DNA of 64,000 nucleotides from Anaeramoeba ignava BMAN (Eukaryota; Protista; Anaeramoebae), in assembly GCA_028826165.1 (NCBI GenBank), contig JAPDFW010000053.1:372001-436000 (forward strand), given 5' to 3'. Shown here piece by piece: positions 63,608 to 64,000 of this stretch. The notes below the pieces were generated by a model. That model had not been told where the DNA came from, did not search any database, and was given only the letters and a program-made list of their open reading frames with translations. Each line of letters begins with the position of its first letter. Positions within the stretch are counted from its first letter, which is position 1. Both the position numbers and the translations under genes were made by a program.

Positions 63608-63769
63608 TTTTTATTATTTTTCTTTTTAAAAAGAAAAAAAAAATGATTTTATTTTTTTAAAAAAAATTTGTTTTTATATGATCCTTTCAAAAAAGAAAAA
63701 AAATTTTTTTAATAAGATTATTTTGGATTAATTTAGGAAAATGTATTTAAATATTTAAATATATTAATT

Positions 63770-64000
63770 TAATTATCAATTATATATCAATTTAATATCA
63801 ATTCCAAATCAATTTAATATCAATTTAATATCAATTTAATATCAATTTAATATCAATTTAATATCAATTTAATATCAATTTAATATCAATTTAATATCAA
63901 TTCCAAATCAATTTATTATCAATTTAATATCAATTTAATATCAATTTAATATCAATTTATTATTAATTTAATATCAATTTAATATCAATTTATTATCAAT
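63770..64000 (+). repeat. (TATCAATTTAA)n 11-mer satellite running off the window
   Basis: Direct reading. Confidence 0.9.

Overview
An extremely AT-rich, intron-containing eukaryotic (protist-like) window using the standard code with GT-AG introns. The ankyrin-BTB genes, QN homorepeats and satellite-filled introns are reminiscent of an amoeboid protist such as Anaeramoeba, but that is inference only. About 16 genes can be rebuilt by hand: the 3' end of a TBC/Rab-GAP gene, a small membrane protein, two divergent intron-dense ankyrin genes, two tandem Cys-rich GPI-like surface proteins, a protein with 8x99-aa DUF3395/SUEL-like repeats, an Msp1/ATAD1-like AAA ATPase, a very large TPR-like protein, a bacterial-like MDR oxidoreductase, an intronless ankyrin-BTB gene, TMEM131, a SUN-domain protein, a G-alpha subunit, a Cdc123-like ATP-grasp protein and a nucleotidyltransferase-ankyrin protein. 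The main result is invisible to the ORF track. The two ankyrin genes at 1669-7660 contain a systematic set of single-codon (3-nt) microexons (AG|NNN|GTAA). Each sits between two normal-length introns, always at the same beta-hairpin position, and restores 32-codon exons to the canonical 33-aa ankyrin repeat. One junction carries two alternative single-codon exons. Several frameshifts and one scrambled exon look like long-read assembly errors.
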